Shown here: positions 36,365-50,199 of the stretch, piece by piece
Layout of the letters: each line of letters starts with the position of its first letter
Position numbering within the stretch: position 1 is the first letter of the stretch
DNA from: Lama glama
Taxonomy: Eukaryota
Length of the DNA: 64,000 nucleotides
Direction of reading: 5' to 3'
NCBI GenBank assembly: GCA_028534125.1
Contig: CM052816.1
Coordinates: forward strand, 76,510,001-76,574,000
Position numbers and translations under genes: made by a program
The notes under the pieces: model-generated
The model's database searches: none
Seen by the model: the letters and a program-made list of their open reading frames with translations, nothing else
Told to the model about the DNA's origin: nothing

Positions 36365-36820
36365 AATGCAAACTCTGGAGTCAGATTCAAATCTTTGTGG
36401 CACTAACTTAATAGCTTGTATACTTGGGAAAGTTACCAGATCGTGTCAAGCCTTGGTTTTCACCACTGGTGAAATGGTGATAATAATTCACCAAACTCTT
36501 TAGTCCAGTTTTAGGAATTACAAGAATAATGTATAAGAGATAAAAACTATTATGTATAAAATAAGCCACAAGGATATATAGTACAACACAGGAAATGTAG
36601 CCAATATTCTACAATAACTGTGAGTAGAGTATAACCTTTAAAAATTGAGAATCACTACATTGTACACCTATAACTGACATAATATTGTACATTAACTATA
36701 TTTCAATTTTTAAAAATGGCTGCAAAAAAATAAAAATTTTAAAGGGTAATGTATATAAATGGCCTAGCACAGTGACTGACACCAAAGCAAATACTCAGCC
36801 AATGTGTAGCTTTTACTGTT
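36365..36820 (+). mobile_element. MIR interrupted by a short L1 3' end (36536-36741)
   Basis: MIR halves (ctctggagtcaga...; ggcctagcacagtgactgacac) flank an L1 tail; TSD AAGAATAATGTATA (36522-36535) / AAGGGTAATGTATA (36742-36755). Confidence 0.85.
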
Positions 36821-38326
36821 ATTTCTGCCATTGGTTTTATTTTAAATCTGATCTAATTCTTTAGATCATTTGGCTTCCTTTTGATTTGCTGTAGCTACAT
36901 AAATTTTAGTCATATTTACATAAAACAGTCTCTCCTAATTTATTACAAGTGCCAGTTACTTTTAGATAAATTTGCTTCTCTGTAAATGTTATTTTGGCAT
37001 CATTCATTTACATCTCCAATTTGTTCAAATAATTCTGAAATCTAATCTTCTGGAAAGGGCATCTCCCTCTTTTTCCCCTATTCTCCACTTGCTATGACAT
37101 TGTTCTGAACACGGGCTATGTCATGATCAATGTCAAACACATAAATTTAGCTTGAATTCCTGGAACTTTCCACTACCCAACAAATTCATGGAAGGCAAGA
37201 ATGATACTTTATTAATTTTTCCCTTTCCTTTCCATTCCCCTACACACAAAATGCAGGTTAACTTCTCACCTAATAGGTGATCATTTAATACATTGAACAA
37301 AGTAATTTTGAACATTTCACCATTAATGACCCATGTTCAATATCATTGTCCAGTTATTATTGTGTCTACTGCCCTCCATTCCATTAACTGATGAAGACGT
37401 TAAGCATATTGAATTTGAAGTGAAGATGTATTACCTCTGTCACTTTGGATTTGTCACTCCATTGCAGTTATTTTCCCTTCAAGTCAAATATCACAGAACA
37501 TAAGGGAACACACACTAGGGTGGAATTTAATATTCTGAGACTGTTTGTCGACACTGGGCTGTGAATCTCATCCAAGTAGTACATTTTGTACTTTCTGCTG
37601 GAGCATAGTGGGATGAAATGTTAAAGGCTGAACAAGTTCACTAAATACACTATGTCTTAAATAATTAGTATTCTGTTTCCTGGCATGGTCTTAAAAACTG
37701 AGTGTAAAAGGTGCAACAAGGCACATGAGATGGCAATCACACAGTGCATCTTAATTTTGTTAAGTAAACTGAAAATAAAATCTGGTGGAGAGATTTTAAC
37801 AAAGTTTACAGGAAGTAGGGATCTTAGATGCTTTTTAGACTTCTGATTTGTCTTCAATTTTTATGGCTTTTCCTATTTTTCACTATCAAATGCACACTTT
37901 TAATAATAGCAAGGCAGTACAACTAATAGGCTTCCATTTAAAGAACATTGGAACATTACTCATCAGTTCAGAATGAAAATGAATAACATATTCTTAATAT
38001 TAAAGTTTATACACTTTTTAAATTTATGGGTTTAGTTCCCTTGAGGAAATTTTGTACCAGCCAATTAAGAAAGCAACATTGCTGTAAGTTTTTCTGTTTA
38101 TGTTTGCTGTGTCAAAAACACTGCTTTTAGCATTTCTTTTATGAAAATCTGATAGGAAGACCACCTTCTGGAATCTGTAGAACTCACTTTTATTAAAAAA
38201 ATCTATGTGAGTTATCATTGGTTCAACTCTGCTTATCCTCTGCCCTTGTCATATTTCCTGGTCTCACTAACCTCGGGCTTGGTTATTTGATGTGCTTTGG
38301 AATGTGAGAAATGTAACATTTGCCAC

Positions 38327-39065
38327 TGTTAAAGGTAAATAAAGCCAGACACAAGTTAAAGCACCAAGGATAGATTCTGTTCAGTAATAAACTCTTGCAG
38401 TAGGGAAAGGGGACCAGCATGAACTGAACTCAACTTCGTAGAGGTGACTTGGGTGTTTTAAAGATGAGTGAGGAGTAGAGATGGAGCAGAATCCGGGAAG
38501 TGAAAACTTACGAAAATCAGGAAGGGGGTCAGTTAATGTGACCAGGACACGGAGGGTTGTTAATTGGTGCTTATCTGAAAGAGAAATTCTGTATCTTTAT
38601 GACTGGAGGTAGCAGTTTAAGAAACTAAGCTCTTATCCTCCCACAGGGACCAGGAGCTAGAGGCATCTCGCTGAATGTTTGCATTTCAAAGAGATGGCTC
38701 TCAGGTCCTGGAGGAGATAGTTCTGGTTGGTGGAAGAGTTACATTTCAAAGGGGCAGAGTAGGGATTTATAACTGCAAGCTTTCTCAAGTAACTGCTCTA
38801 AGGTGCGGTGCAGGAGCCTAAGTACCTATCACCAGGTGTGGGCTGAAACAAACAGTACATTTTCCTGGCAGTACTGAGATTTCTCAGGCAGGTATGTCCA
38901 GAATGGCTTGGGTCATCCTAGATGTGCGTGGGTTGGGGGAGAGACGGGGGACAAAACCATTTGTGCTGAGAATCTGATGTTTTTATAAGTCAAGACTGAC
39001 ACCTAGTTGAGAAAAAGCCTCTGAGGAATTTGACTAGAGTTTGGTCAAAGAGAGTGTCTTTGCCA
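38327..39065 (-). mobile_element. ERV1 solo LTR (MER31/MER67-like)
   Basis: TG...CA ends; exact 4-bp TSD CCAC at 38323-38326 and 39066-39069; minus strand starts tggcaaagacactctctttgaccaaactctagtca. Confidence 0.85.
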
Positions 39066-39689
39066 CCACATTATCCAGAAGCAGCTTTAAATACCACAGA
39101 AGGACTTGGATGCTGCCCTCTTGCTCCGCCCTCCATTATGGTAACAGTATATCCCCAAAAGTAGCTACCAGAAGATACAGGGAGCTGAGTCTAGACCAGC
39201 AGAATCCAATAGGGCTCAGAGAAGCCTACTATCAAAACTAAGTAGAATCCGACAGAGTTCAAAAATGCCTAAAAAAACAACAGAGCCCAAAAGAGCCAAT
39301 GAAATCCAATAGATTCCAGTAGAGATCAGGCGAGGGGCAGATAATCACAACAAGAAATGAATGCTCTTTCCCACAAGCTGTTGTTTACTGCTGTAGCAAA
39401 GCTGACTGAGAAACCGTGAAATCACTGTCCTGCAAGATGCTAATCACCTCATCCTCCCCACTCCTTCATTCACACATGGGAGATGAACTACATCTACCCC
39501 TTCCCAAATGGATTTAGCAAAGCAAAGGAAATACAGCTGTAATTAAGTTGGGTCTGTTTGCCTCCTTACTACCCCAAGTAATGCATAAAGTCCAAAAAGA
39601 AAGAAGTAGGGGTGAGGATATGTGTCTTATCTGTAATGTGGAGGATGTTCTCTTTTTACACAAAAAAACAGAAGCTTTTGATACCCTAG

Positions 39690-40500
39690 GCTTAGAACAC
39701 TATCATCAGCAATAGCTGTTAGTCAGAATCCTTTTGATAACATGTGAGACCCTTTGTAAGCTAGCTCAAATCTATATTTCCTCTCTCTGGTCTAGTAACA
39801 TAGACCTACCCATCATTCCCTGAATGGTTTTTTTTGTGTCCCTGAACTTTACAAATACTGTTCCTTCTGCTAAGCATACCTACCATTACATTTTTTCCAT
39901 ATAGGTAATTCTATGAGATCCAGGTCAAATGTACCCTCTTTCATGAAGCTTTTTTTCAATTTAGATATTCCCAATGTCCTAAGCACTCCTCTATATTCAT
40001 CAAATTCTACCTCGACCTCAAGATCTATTCTAATTCCAAGTGTCCCCAATATCCATATGGTTGACTCATTCGAAAACCTAGTTTCACACTTCTTTGACTC
40101 CCTGAACCCAAGTGGTCTTCACATTTATTCCATTTCATCCATCTACATTGAGGGTATCAATAGGAATTTTTTTCACCTTAAATTTTAAAGTCCTTTTTCT
40201 GACTTACAGCTTCCTCTCTAACTCTTTCTTCCAGTGTGACAATTTTTTAGTCTCATCAAATATTGACCTTCTGTTTTTGGTCATTCCATCAGCACCATCC
40301 TTGCAGTTATTATGTCCCTACCCAGCCCCAACCTCATGGTGCAGCTCGTTAGGGAAACACTTGCCTACAGCTTCAACTATTTTTATTCAGACACTCACTC
40401 TATAAAACTTCAACCAGTAATTCTATAATTTGCCTCATTTTACCCTAATCTAATTTTCTGAGAATTTTAAGAGAAAAACCACAAAACCATTTTCTTTTAC
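39690..40500 (+). mobile_element. L2 LINE fragments
   Basis: tactgttccttctgc...gatccaggtcaaatgtaccctctttcatgaagc and further degenerate L2-like sequence. Confidence 0.5.
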
Positions 40501-40945
40501 TTAGGAAACTCTAAGCTTCAAGTAATGGAAAAACTAAATGAAAACGCCTTCAACAATAAGGATGTTTATTACTTCATATAACAAGAAATCCAAAGGAATG
40601 GTGCTTCTAAAGTTATTCATCAGATTGTTTCTCGGCGTGGTCTTTGGGCTTATGCTTTCAAGAATGCAAAATGGTCACTACACTTTTATGCATCACATAT
40701 AGATAGAAAAATATTAAGACCAAGAAGGCAGGCATTTACTCCTATTCATTTGTTTGAATGAGTTGAAGGTCTCTCTGAAAATCCTCTCAGGATGTTTTCC
40801 CTAAGCTTTCATTGGCCAATTTTGGTTCACAAGCCCTTGAGACGAATGCAAGAGAGAAAGCAAGGATCAGGCATTTTATTTTAATAGGGGTTCAGATTTG
40901 TCACCAAGCATGCAGTGGCTTCTGGATAGGCAACATAAGGGTTTC
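40500..40945 (-). mobile_element. Old MaLR LTR (MLT1-type) fragment
   Basis: tttattacttcatataacaagaaatcc...tttcattggccaattttggttcacaagccc. Confidence 0.6.
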
Positions 40946-41031
40946 CTAAACATTAATATTGATGCTTATAAGTACATAGTCTCCGTTTCAGCTGGTGCTT
41001 CAGTGCTCCTTGACAATAAGCCTGCTTGTCT

Positions 41032-41190
41032 CAGTGCATCTCAAGCTTTAATGTACACACAAATCACCTAGGGATACTTCAAAATGTAGATCTGATGCAG
41101 TTGGTGGGGTGCTGAGATCTGCATTTCTATCGCGCTACCAAGGGATGCCAAAGCTACTTGGCTGATGGCTACCCTTTGAATCACCAGGCT
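41032..41190. mobile_element. MER5-like hAT fragment
   Basis: cagtgcatctcaagctttaatgtacacacaaatcacctagggat...ctgagatctgcatttcta. Confidence 0.7.
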
Positions 41191-42705
41191 GTATTTCCTT
41201 CTCTTCTTTCAAATATTCATCATCACTCTCCACTAACCCGGCACCATCCCTGTCACCCTCAGGAATTTACTTCATTCTCTATTTCAGAAAGAAAATAGAC
41301 CCCATAAAGCAGGGAACTCTCAACTTAAGGGGTAATACTGTCTGAGCGCCAAGAGAATGATCTTTAGCATTAAATAGATGAGATACACTGCTTACTCCCC
41401 TGTGATGGTTTTCAGTATCTTTAACCTTTCTGAGCCCCAAATTCTTAACATATAAAAATGAAAACAATGTCAGGCTCTTGGTGTTTTTGAGAATTGAGAT
41501 CATTTGGATAGGTCCTATTTAAGTTTTTTGTTGTGCATAAAGAAATAACTTAAAAAAAGAACTGAAAAGATATTAAGTAGTATATTGCTTAAGATCAATT
41601 TTGACTGAAAGAGAAAAACCCAAAATAATAGTGGCATAAACAAGTTAGCCATCATTACTATCTCACAGTCAAGAGTCTGGAGATCTCCTGTCCAGGTTGG
41701 TATGACACTCCCCAGTGACAGGAACTCAGGCTGGGATTCTTCTAGTTGTTGAGAATATTTATTTCAAGCTTTCACTTGGAAATAGGGGATGGACTCAGTA
41801 TTCTACTGGGCTTATGGTGAGGTGGAATAAAATTAAAACTACATCTATCAGCTCACTATGCAAGGCTCCACTGTTCCTGATTGGCCACTGTGTTTGCGGT
41901 CTCAGGAGCTAAAGTTGACTCACAGTCTGTCCTCAATGAAACCTAGGGGGTCTGCTTATTTCCCTTTGCCCAGTGCACATTTACTCTGATAAATGGATGT
42001 AAGCATATTAGAGAAAAGTATGAAGAAAATTTACAGAAAGTATTTGTGAAGTGATTGATCAATCCTGCCTCAAAGGTACTCAGCTTCTTTTTAATTCAAG
42101 GGATGCTAGATCTGGATTTTGGATGAGAGGTTTTGACTTTATATTGTCATGCCTTAAATCAGGCCTCTGGTGGCCAGAACCACAGTCCTTTCACTTATAA
42201 AAATCACAAGTGTAACACTAGTGGATTACACATATATTTCAGCCCACATATAAATAAATTGGTGTTCAGATTTTTCTGATTACTATTACACACTTTCTGT
42301 CTACTTTGATAAACATCCAACTGTTGTCTGGAAGTTTAGAACTGCCATTTGTCTCTGACAACTTGAGATTCTTTCATTTCCACTGAAATATGAGAACTGA
42401 TTTCAACAGCATTCTCTCTACCAGGGCCCCCAGACAACAGAAAACAGTCAATAAAATGCTTTTCAAAGCTACAAATGTTCCTGAGCTTTATCACTATCAC
42501 ACACACACACACAACTGTATAAATAAAGGAGAAGTATATATAAGGCAAATGTATCAATCTACACCAGATTGGAAAATAAAATAGCCCTTCACAGTAGAGA
42601 GTTTGAGGAGACACTGCTCATGCATCTGTGCATCAGCTAAGGGTACATGAAACCCAGGCTATAAAACTTTGGGAAGAACATCAAACTTTAACAAATGTGA
42701 CTCAT

Positions 42706-43470
42706 TTTTTCCAACATTTTTTATTGAGTTATAGTCATTTTATAATGCTGTGTCAATTTCCAGTGTAGAGCACAATTTTTCAATTATACATGAACATACA
42801 TAAATTCATTGTCACATTTTCTTTTCACTGTGAGCTACCACAAGATCTTGTATATATTTCCCTGTGCTATACAGTATAATCTTGTTTATCTATTCTACAT
42901 TTTTAAATCCCAATCTGTCCCTTCCCACCGCCCCCACCTTGGCAACCACAAGTTTGTATTCTATGTCTATGAGTCTGTTTCTGTTTTATATTTTTTCTTT
43001 TTTCTTTTTTTTCAGATTCACATATGAGCGATCTCGTATGGTATTTTTCTTTCTCTTTCTGGCTTACTTCACTTAGAATGATATTCTCCAGAAACATCCA
43101 TGTTGTGGCAAATGGCATTATATTGTCATTTTTAATGGCTGAATTATATTCTGTTATATAAATATACCACAACTTCTTTATCCAGTCATCTGTCGATGGA
43201 CATTTAGGCTGTTTCCATGTCTTGGCTATTGTAAATAGTGCTGCTATGAACATTGGGGTGCAGGTGTCATTTTGAAATAGGGTTCCTTCTGGATATATGC
43301 CCAGGAGCGGGATTCCTGGGTCATATGGTAAGTCTATTCCTAGTCTTTTGAGGAATCTCCATACTGTTTTCCACAGTGGCTGCACCAAACTGCATTCCCA
43401 CCAGCAGTGAAGGAGGGTCCTCTTTTCTCCACAGCCTCTCCAGGTTTTGTCATCTGTAGACTTTTGAATG
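42706..43470 (-). mobile_element. Young camelid-type L1 3' end
   Basis: ORF 42903-43493 is an open L1 ORF2 C-terminus ([17 protein letters not shown]...[13 protein letters not shown]...CTPMFIAALFTIAKTWKQPKCPS) followed by 3'UTR. Confidence 0.95.
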
Positions 43471-43927
43471 ATAATACATCTATATTTCTTCATTTGAAAT
43501 GTAGTATTCTCTCACCATTTGTGTATTTAGCATTCCATATTTCAGCTATTTATAAGCAATCCAGAGGGTTTCAGTACTTTGTCAATTTGTGGAGGGGACC
43601 ATTTGAATTTTGCTTTGAGGCTGGTATGTCCATGTGAATCGCTAGCTAATAAGTAAGTCTTGTCTGACCTAATATCCATCACAGTGTGATTCTGTAACAT
43701 TTGACTCTTTGTCACCCACACAATTTATAGTGGAGATTTTCTATTGCCATTATATTAAGGAATATCTCAACTTCACAAGAAGTTCTTTCAAATGCCTCTG
43801 AAAGTCAACATGAATTAAATAATCATTATATCATTAAATAATTAACATTATAATGGAAAGAGAAATGTATTTAAATAATATCAGATATGCAAAACAAGTA
43901 AAATAAAATATATATGTACACCCCAGA

Positions 43928-45040
43928 GAATGAGAAGCCAAGTCACAGGATAGAAGGAAATATTTGCAAAAAACATATCTGGTAAAGGACTGTTATCCAA
44001 AATATACAAAGAACTCTTAACACTCAACAATAAGAAAATGAATAATTTGATTTAAAAAGTGGACAAAGATCTGAACTGACACCTCACCAAAGAAGATATA
44101 CAAGTGGCAAATAAGTATATGAAAACATACTCAACATCATATGTCATTAGGAAATTTCAAATTAAAACAATGAGACACCACTGTACACCTATGAAAATGG
44201 CAAAAATCCAAAACACTGACAACACCAAGTTTTGGCGAAGATGTGAAGCAACGGAAAGCTTCATTCACTGTTGTTGGAAATATTAAATGGTATAGCCTCT
44301 TTGGAAGACATTTTGGTAGTTTCTTACAAAACTGAACGTAGTCTTACCATATGATCCAGCAATTGCACTCATTGGTATTTACTCAAATGAATTGAGCACT
44401 TGTGTCTGCACAAAAACCTGGACATGGATATTTATAGCAGCTTTATTCATAATTGCCAAAAGTTAGAAGCAGGATATCCTTTACTAAATGAATGGATAAA
44501 TAAACTGTGGTACATCTGGATGGTGGAATATTCTTCATCACTAAAAAGAAATGAATCATCAAGCCACGAAAAGACATGGAAGAACCTTAAATGCATATTA
44601 CTAAGTGAAGAAAACCAATCCAAGAAAGCTATATATTGTGTGATACCAACTATATGACACTCTGGAAAAGGCAAAACTATGAAGACAGTAAAAAGATCAG
44701 CGCTAGGGGTTGGGGAGAGAAGGATGAATTGGCTAAGCACAGAGGATTTTTAGGGCAGTTAAACCATTCTGTATGATGCTGTAATGGTGAATACATGTGA
44801 TACATTTGTCAAAACCCAGAATTCACAGCATCAACAGTGAGCTCTAATGTAAACTACGGACTTAGGGTGATAACAATGCATCAATATAGGTTCATAGATT
44901 ATAACAAATGTCCCACTCTTGTGTGGGATGTTGGTAGTGGGGAGGCTGTGCCCGTGTGGAGGCGAGAACTATGTAGGAACTCTCAGTATTCTCCTCAATG
45001 TTGCTGTGAATCTGAAAACTAAAACCTATTAAAAGAAAAA
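43928..45040 (+). mobile_element. L1MC-like 3' region
   Basis: Degenerate ORF2 C-terminus (ORFs 44104-44657) and L1MC-type 3'UTR (aaaaggcaaaactatgaagacagtaaaaagatcag...ctaatgtaaactacggactt). Confidence 0.9.
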
Positions 45041-46122
45041 GACATGCATCCAGAATTTACCTATATTTAATACACAGGCACGTTAAGCCATAATTCCTTA
45101 GTTTAGAATAGTAATTACAAAGAAACCTTAAAGTGGCAATTTATTCATTTAGGGTGTGGCCATGGGAATAGATGCATCATCCATTACTTTGTAAAAAGCA
45201 TGCTTTGTAAAACCAATTAATTGACAATGCACTCTCTAGAAATGGGTGTGATCAGTTTAACATGGAGCATTTATCCAGTAATGTGTTTGCTTGCAAAGTC
45301 ATATGTTTATTTACCAAAGATTAAAGACTATGTTACAATGCCAAAGGTTTTGTTTCAATTAAAATAGTTTAATGCCAGTCATTCCATAACTTGCTCAGAA
45401 AACAGACAACTGGGAAAAACAATGTTTATTAAGTACAAGTGTTGCCTTTACTGGAAGGAAGATAACTCTCAAAGATAACTCTCAAATTATAATGCCCTAC
45501 ATATTTTAGAATTAGCATAAAGATTGTGATGATCTTTTAGTCCTTCTGGCTGGTTTTCTGACTGTGAGTGTCAATTGTCTTAGCTCCTTATCATTTAATA
45601 TATGACAGAGTTGATAGGTGTTACTTTGTTCTTTCTTTCTTATACTCCGCAAGTGAACTGAAATAGCCTACTCGCATATAAAATGATTATCTGATATAAA
45701 CATTCTGGCAGATAATAAATTAGTATATAGGAATTTGGTAGTCATTTTCCTACAGCAACCAAGGTACATTCTTCAATTTTTTCACCTCTTTTTTCTAACT
45801 TTAAAGAAATTTTGCTGATAAACACACCTAGAATTAGATCCAATAAATCAAATTATTACCATATTTTGTCATTAGCAACTTTAAAAGAAATCAGTGTACA
45901 GAGAAAACATGAGGAGCATAGTATATGACGAAAGTATCATCTTAGGTTTTAGAATTTTTTATTTTATTTGTTTTATTTATTTATTTGTATATTGTATTTA
46001 TTTGAGATTTTTACAAAATTGTTTATGTATTTTTTTAATTGGGCAATTGTTTGGGAAAAATTCAATCAGATTCTTACTTCATGCTGTCAAAAAAAAAAAA
46101 AGATGAAACAAATGTTTGCATG

Positions 46123-46594
46123 TGTGATCGGCTAAATAAAAGCCCCAAAGACACCCAAGTCCTAATCTTTGGAACCTGTGAATGTACCTTATCTTGCAAA
46201 AGAGATTTTGCAGATGTAATTAAGTTAAGGATTTGAGATGGAAAGACTGTCCGAGAATATCTGGGTACATACTAAATGTAATCACAAGTGTCCTTATAAG
46301 AAAGGGAAGGGCAAAGAGAGATTTGTCTACAGACAAGAAATGACAATGGAAGAAAGAGGCTGGAGTAATGTCAGAGTGGGATGACAAGCCAAGGAATATA
46401 GCCATTCCAGAAGCTAGAAAAGGCTTGGACAAGGATTCTCCCCTAGAGCCTCCAGAAGGAACCAGTCCTACCACTACCCCGTGAAACTGACTCCACACAT
46501 TTGACCTCCAAAACTGTAAGAGAATAAATATGTTGTTTTAAGCCACCTAGTTTGTGGCAATTAGTTTCAGCAGCCATAGGAAACAAAACTTACA
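46123..46594 (+). mobile_element. MaLR solo LTR (MLT1D-like)
   Basis: ggaacctgtgaatgtacc...gattttgcagatgtaattaagttaagg...gattctcccctagagcctccagaaggaacc...gcagccataggaaac. Confidence 0.9.
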
Positions 46595-47784
46595 TGTAAA
46601 AATATAAAGACAAAAATATATAGCAAACACATATGGTATGCATATGGAAGCATATGGGAGGTGTAATTAATGAGTGTCAATTACTTTGGAATACATAAAA
46701 GTAGACTGATGTGATGGATAGAGTGATGGAAAGATGCATATAAAAAAGTAAGAGGAAATGTTAATGGTATAACATTAGGTAGGTGGCAGGAATATAGGTT
46801 TTCACTGTAAATTATTTTTCAGGCTTTCTAGGTTTGAAATATTTCATAATAAAATATTAGGGAAGAATCAAAAATGAAATTATAGGTTATCATGGAAAAG
46901 GAAACGGTCTTTTTTCCCATGAGACCAAGGGTAAAAGCTGGAAATGAAAAGATTATTGGATTGGATTCGTGTGAGTCAAAATGAAAAGCTTTGAGGTAGA
47001 AAATTTTAAAATGAACAAAGTTAAAAAAAAAATGAAGTGGGAAGTGTTTGCAACATGTGTGTCAAAAGATATGCATCCACAATATGACAGTGAAATATTG
47101 TCCCTAGAAGTTTTTAATGGTCTCTAGTAATGCTGAATCCACAAAACTATTGTGTTTATGATTCAGGTTAATACTCTGTACCTGTAGGTAAACTTTGTAG
47201 TCAACTCCTTTCCTTTATCAACTGTAGCATTATTTTTGTTATTTGGGGAAAATTATATTCAAAAAATATGGGAGAAGAAACCCAGTCAGAGTTTATGAGA
47301 AAGTTGTCCTTTATTTGTCAGATGATGCTCGTTAGTGATAGAGGTGGATATTTTGGAACTTTCACCAGCAGAGTATGCACATAGAATAGTAACTCAGAAG
47401 TAGATGTGCATTTAAGACAAGCTAGCCACAGTCTTTCCTTGATCTCTCTTCCAACACACAAGGAGGCTTCTTTAGAAACTAACTCAGTTTGGATTAACTT
47501 GAGCCTTATAAACCAAATACAAAATATAAAGTGCCCCTTAATTCCTATCTTCCATAATAAAGATCATTTAACCATTATAAAAATGAGAAACCATCTCAAG
47601 AGTTTTCATTGAGAAAAGAATGAATAAGAATATTATGGTGTATCTAATCAAAGGAAGAGTATGTAGCCAGTGCGAATTATTTTCAGAGAATTTTTAGCCA
47701 TTAGAGGAAATGTTCATAATGGATGTTATATGAAACAGCAGTTATGTAGAGTTGTTTGTATGGTATGGTATCTTTATCTTAATT

Positions 47785-47950
47785 TTTTTATTGAAGTATA
47801 GTAAATTTAACATGTTGTATTAGTTTCTGGTGTACAGCATAGTGATACATTTATATATATGATATAAATATATATATATATATGTATATATTCCTTCTCA
47901 TATTCTTTTTCATAGTTCCCTGTGCTATATAGTAGGACCTTGTTGTTTTA
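47785..47950 (-). mobile_element. Short L1 3' terminus with (TA)n
   Basis: ttttttattgaagtatagt...tagtttctggtgtacagcatagtga...tagttccctgtgctatatagtaggaccttgttgttt. Confidence 0.85.
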
Positions 47951-48203
47951 ACAAAATCTTCTAAGTAGAAATAAATACAAACAATAAAGACCAGGAGGAA
48001 GAACATCAAATTGTTGGCAGTCATTTTCTAGATTGTGGGAAATGGTCTTTGTTTCTATCTTTCTGTTTTCTCCTGAATTTTTCTATTTTCCTTTTTCTTT
48101 TTTCTTTTTTTTTTTGTTATAACCGTGAATCTTATTACTTTTTTATTATAACTATGAATATTATTACTTTTATAATAACATAACTAACACAAAAAATACA
48201 TTC

Positions 48204-48238
48204 ACGCGCGCGTGTGTGTGCATGTGTGTGTGTGTGTA
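48204..48238. repeat. Alternating purine-pyrimidine (CG)n(TG)n tract
   Basis: acgcgcgcgtgtgtgtgcatgtgtgtgtgtgtgta. Confidence 0.9.
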
Positions 48239-48329
48239 TAAGTGGGCAATGTGATGCTGTGAAATCACAGCAGCAGTGGTTCCAGTCTTTGCAAACTGAA
48301 GGAGTTTGGCCACTATTGTATTCCCTCAT

Positions 48330-48680
48330 TCCTGCTTCTCAACTGTTAGCCCTTTGTTCTGCATTGCAATCCCTAAGGGCACTTTTTAACATAAAATACC
48401 CAAGCCCTGCAGTTAGAAAAGGTAGATTTTCTTGAATGGAAACAAGACATTTGTATTTCCTTAAATTCCCCCAAGAGACTCTAATACCCAGGCAGATTTG
48501 AGAATTACACAGTTAAGCAATGGTTCTCAAACTTTAATATGTATAGCTACCACATGGTTCTTGTTAAAAAATACAGATTTTTGGACTCTCACCCCTCAGT
48601 TTGAGGCAAAGCCCAAGAAGAAATCTGCATTTTTAACAAGCACCCAGCTGTTCTGATACATGATTTTAATAGGAAACATG
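48330..48680. mobile_element. MER5-family hAT fragments
   Basis: caatggttctcaaacttt...cttgttaaaaaatacagatt...aatctgcatttttaacaagcacccag. Confidence 0.7.
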
Positions 48681-48969
48681 TTATAAAATAAAGCAATTAT
48701 GTTTTAAAATATACACAGAAGTTGAAAGTGTTTTATGAAGGCAGTTTTTACCTTTACTGTAAATTCACACTGCCATGAACACATATGTATGTCCTTTTTT
48801 TTTTTTTTAACTATTTCACATCTTCCAACTTAAACTATCCGTTTCTGTTTGTAGTTTCCCTTATAAATACAAAAGTGTCATCTAGGGATCAAAAGAGGTA
48901 ACTGCAAGTTTATTCAAGCTTTCGCATTATTTATTTGTACTTACTCCATTTCTGAGAATTCTTTGCCCA

Positions 48970-49175
48970 GACTCTAGAGAAGCAAGACAGAGTTCTGAGT
49001 CCCTCTGATCTTTGACTCCGTGCTTCGCCACTTACTGGCTGTACGATCCTCTGAGTCTCCACTCCCTCATCTGAAAAATGGGGCTGTCAGTAGTGCTTCC
49101 TCATAGGGTGGGGTAACAGTGCATGAAGGCACTTAGTACAGCACTTGGTGTCTACTACAAGCTCAGTGAAAGGTT
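48970..49175 (+). mobile_element. MIR SINE
   Basis: cgccacttactggctgt...ctctgagtctccactccctcatctgaaaaatggg...gcacttagtacagcacttgg. Confidence 0.8.
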
Positions 49176-50199
49176 ATGTTTTCTCAAACCAAAATCCACT
49201 CACTAAATTTGATTTATATTTAAGTCGAATACTATGACTCCAGTGGTATCTGTTACTCTTGATCGTTGCCAAAGTGCTAACATCTAAAATCTGGAATGGA
49301 AGTTTTATCTACAGTCATACTGATGCAAACTACTTATCTTGTTATGATTACTAGCTCTCATGTGTGTGCTCAAAACTAAGAATCGGTTGTGAGTTCAAAT
49401 TAGTTCAATTCTTTCTATGACCTAAAACTTAAATGACACATTCCAAGGCATACCAAGTATGAGGCAGTCCGTGTTTTCCATAGATGGGCCATTGCCTCTC
49501 CCGAGTCCTTTAATTTTTATTGGGGAACACAGCCTACAGCCCATGGGCCAAGAGTAGCCTGTGAGTGATTGCCAACTACTTGTGGTCCACTTGCCACTTA
49601 ATAAAATATCTATTTTCCATTGCGTTCTAGAGATATTGGCCCGCCAACTGTCTATGAAGCTGCGGTGGGAGGATGCTCCCCAAGACCACCCTGCATATAC
49701 TAGGGGCAACCAACCTGCCTCTGCTCTATACAGGAAAGGCTGCATGCCACACTGCAAAGATGGCTGGTCCCAGACTCACAGTTCATTAGCTTGGTTGCCT
49801 AGAACATGCGTTCAAGGAAGTAATGCCAAGGATATGACAGTATTGGCCTGAGTGGAATCTGTAGTTTATCTGACCCCAAATAGGTGTCTTTCCCAGTCCT
49901 CCTCTCTTTCTCTGACTCTTTTTCCTCCTCCTTCCCTCTCTCTCTCTCTCTCACAGATAGGTAAGTATATATTAGATATTATAATAAGTGAGACTGTATG
50001 TAAAGCCTTCCGCACAGTGGTTGGCACATACGGAGCACTTAGTGGGTGCCAGCCAGTGCCCTATGAGCTTTACATACATTATTCTCACAGTAGCCTTAAG
50101 AGTGGATTATAGCACCCTCATTTTACAAATAGTATTGCAGGACTAAAGCAGTTAAGTAATCCAGCGTTCAATATTCAATCTCAGGATTTCTAACTTACA

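Noticed and set aside
42903..43493. 196-aa ORF, the longest in the window
   Set aside because: It is the C-terminus of L1 ORF2 in a 5'-truncated copy, not a host gene.
49500..49880. GC-richer block with ORFs on both strands, considered as an endogenous viral or exonic fragment
   Set aside because: No viral or cellular protein motif recognised; the left end resembles a hAT-type terminal repeat, so it is more likely an old DNA-transposon relic.
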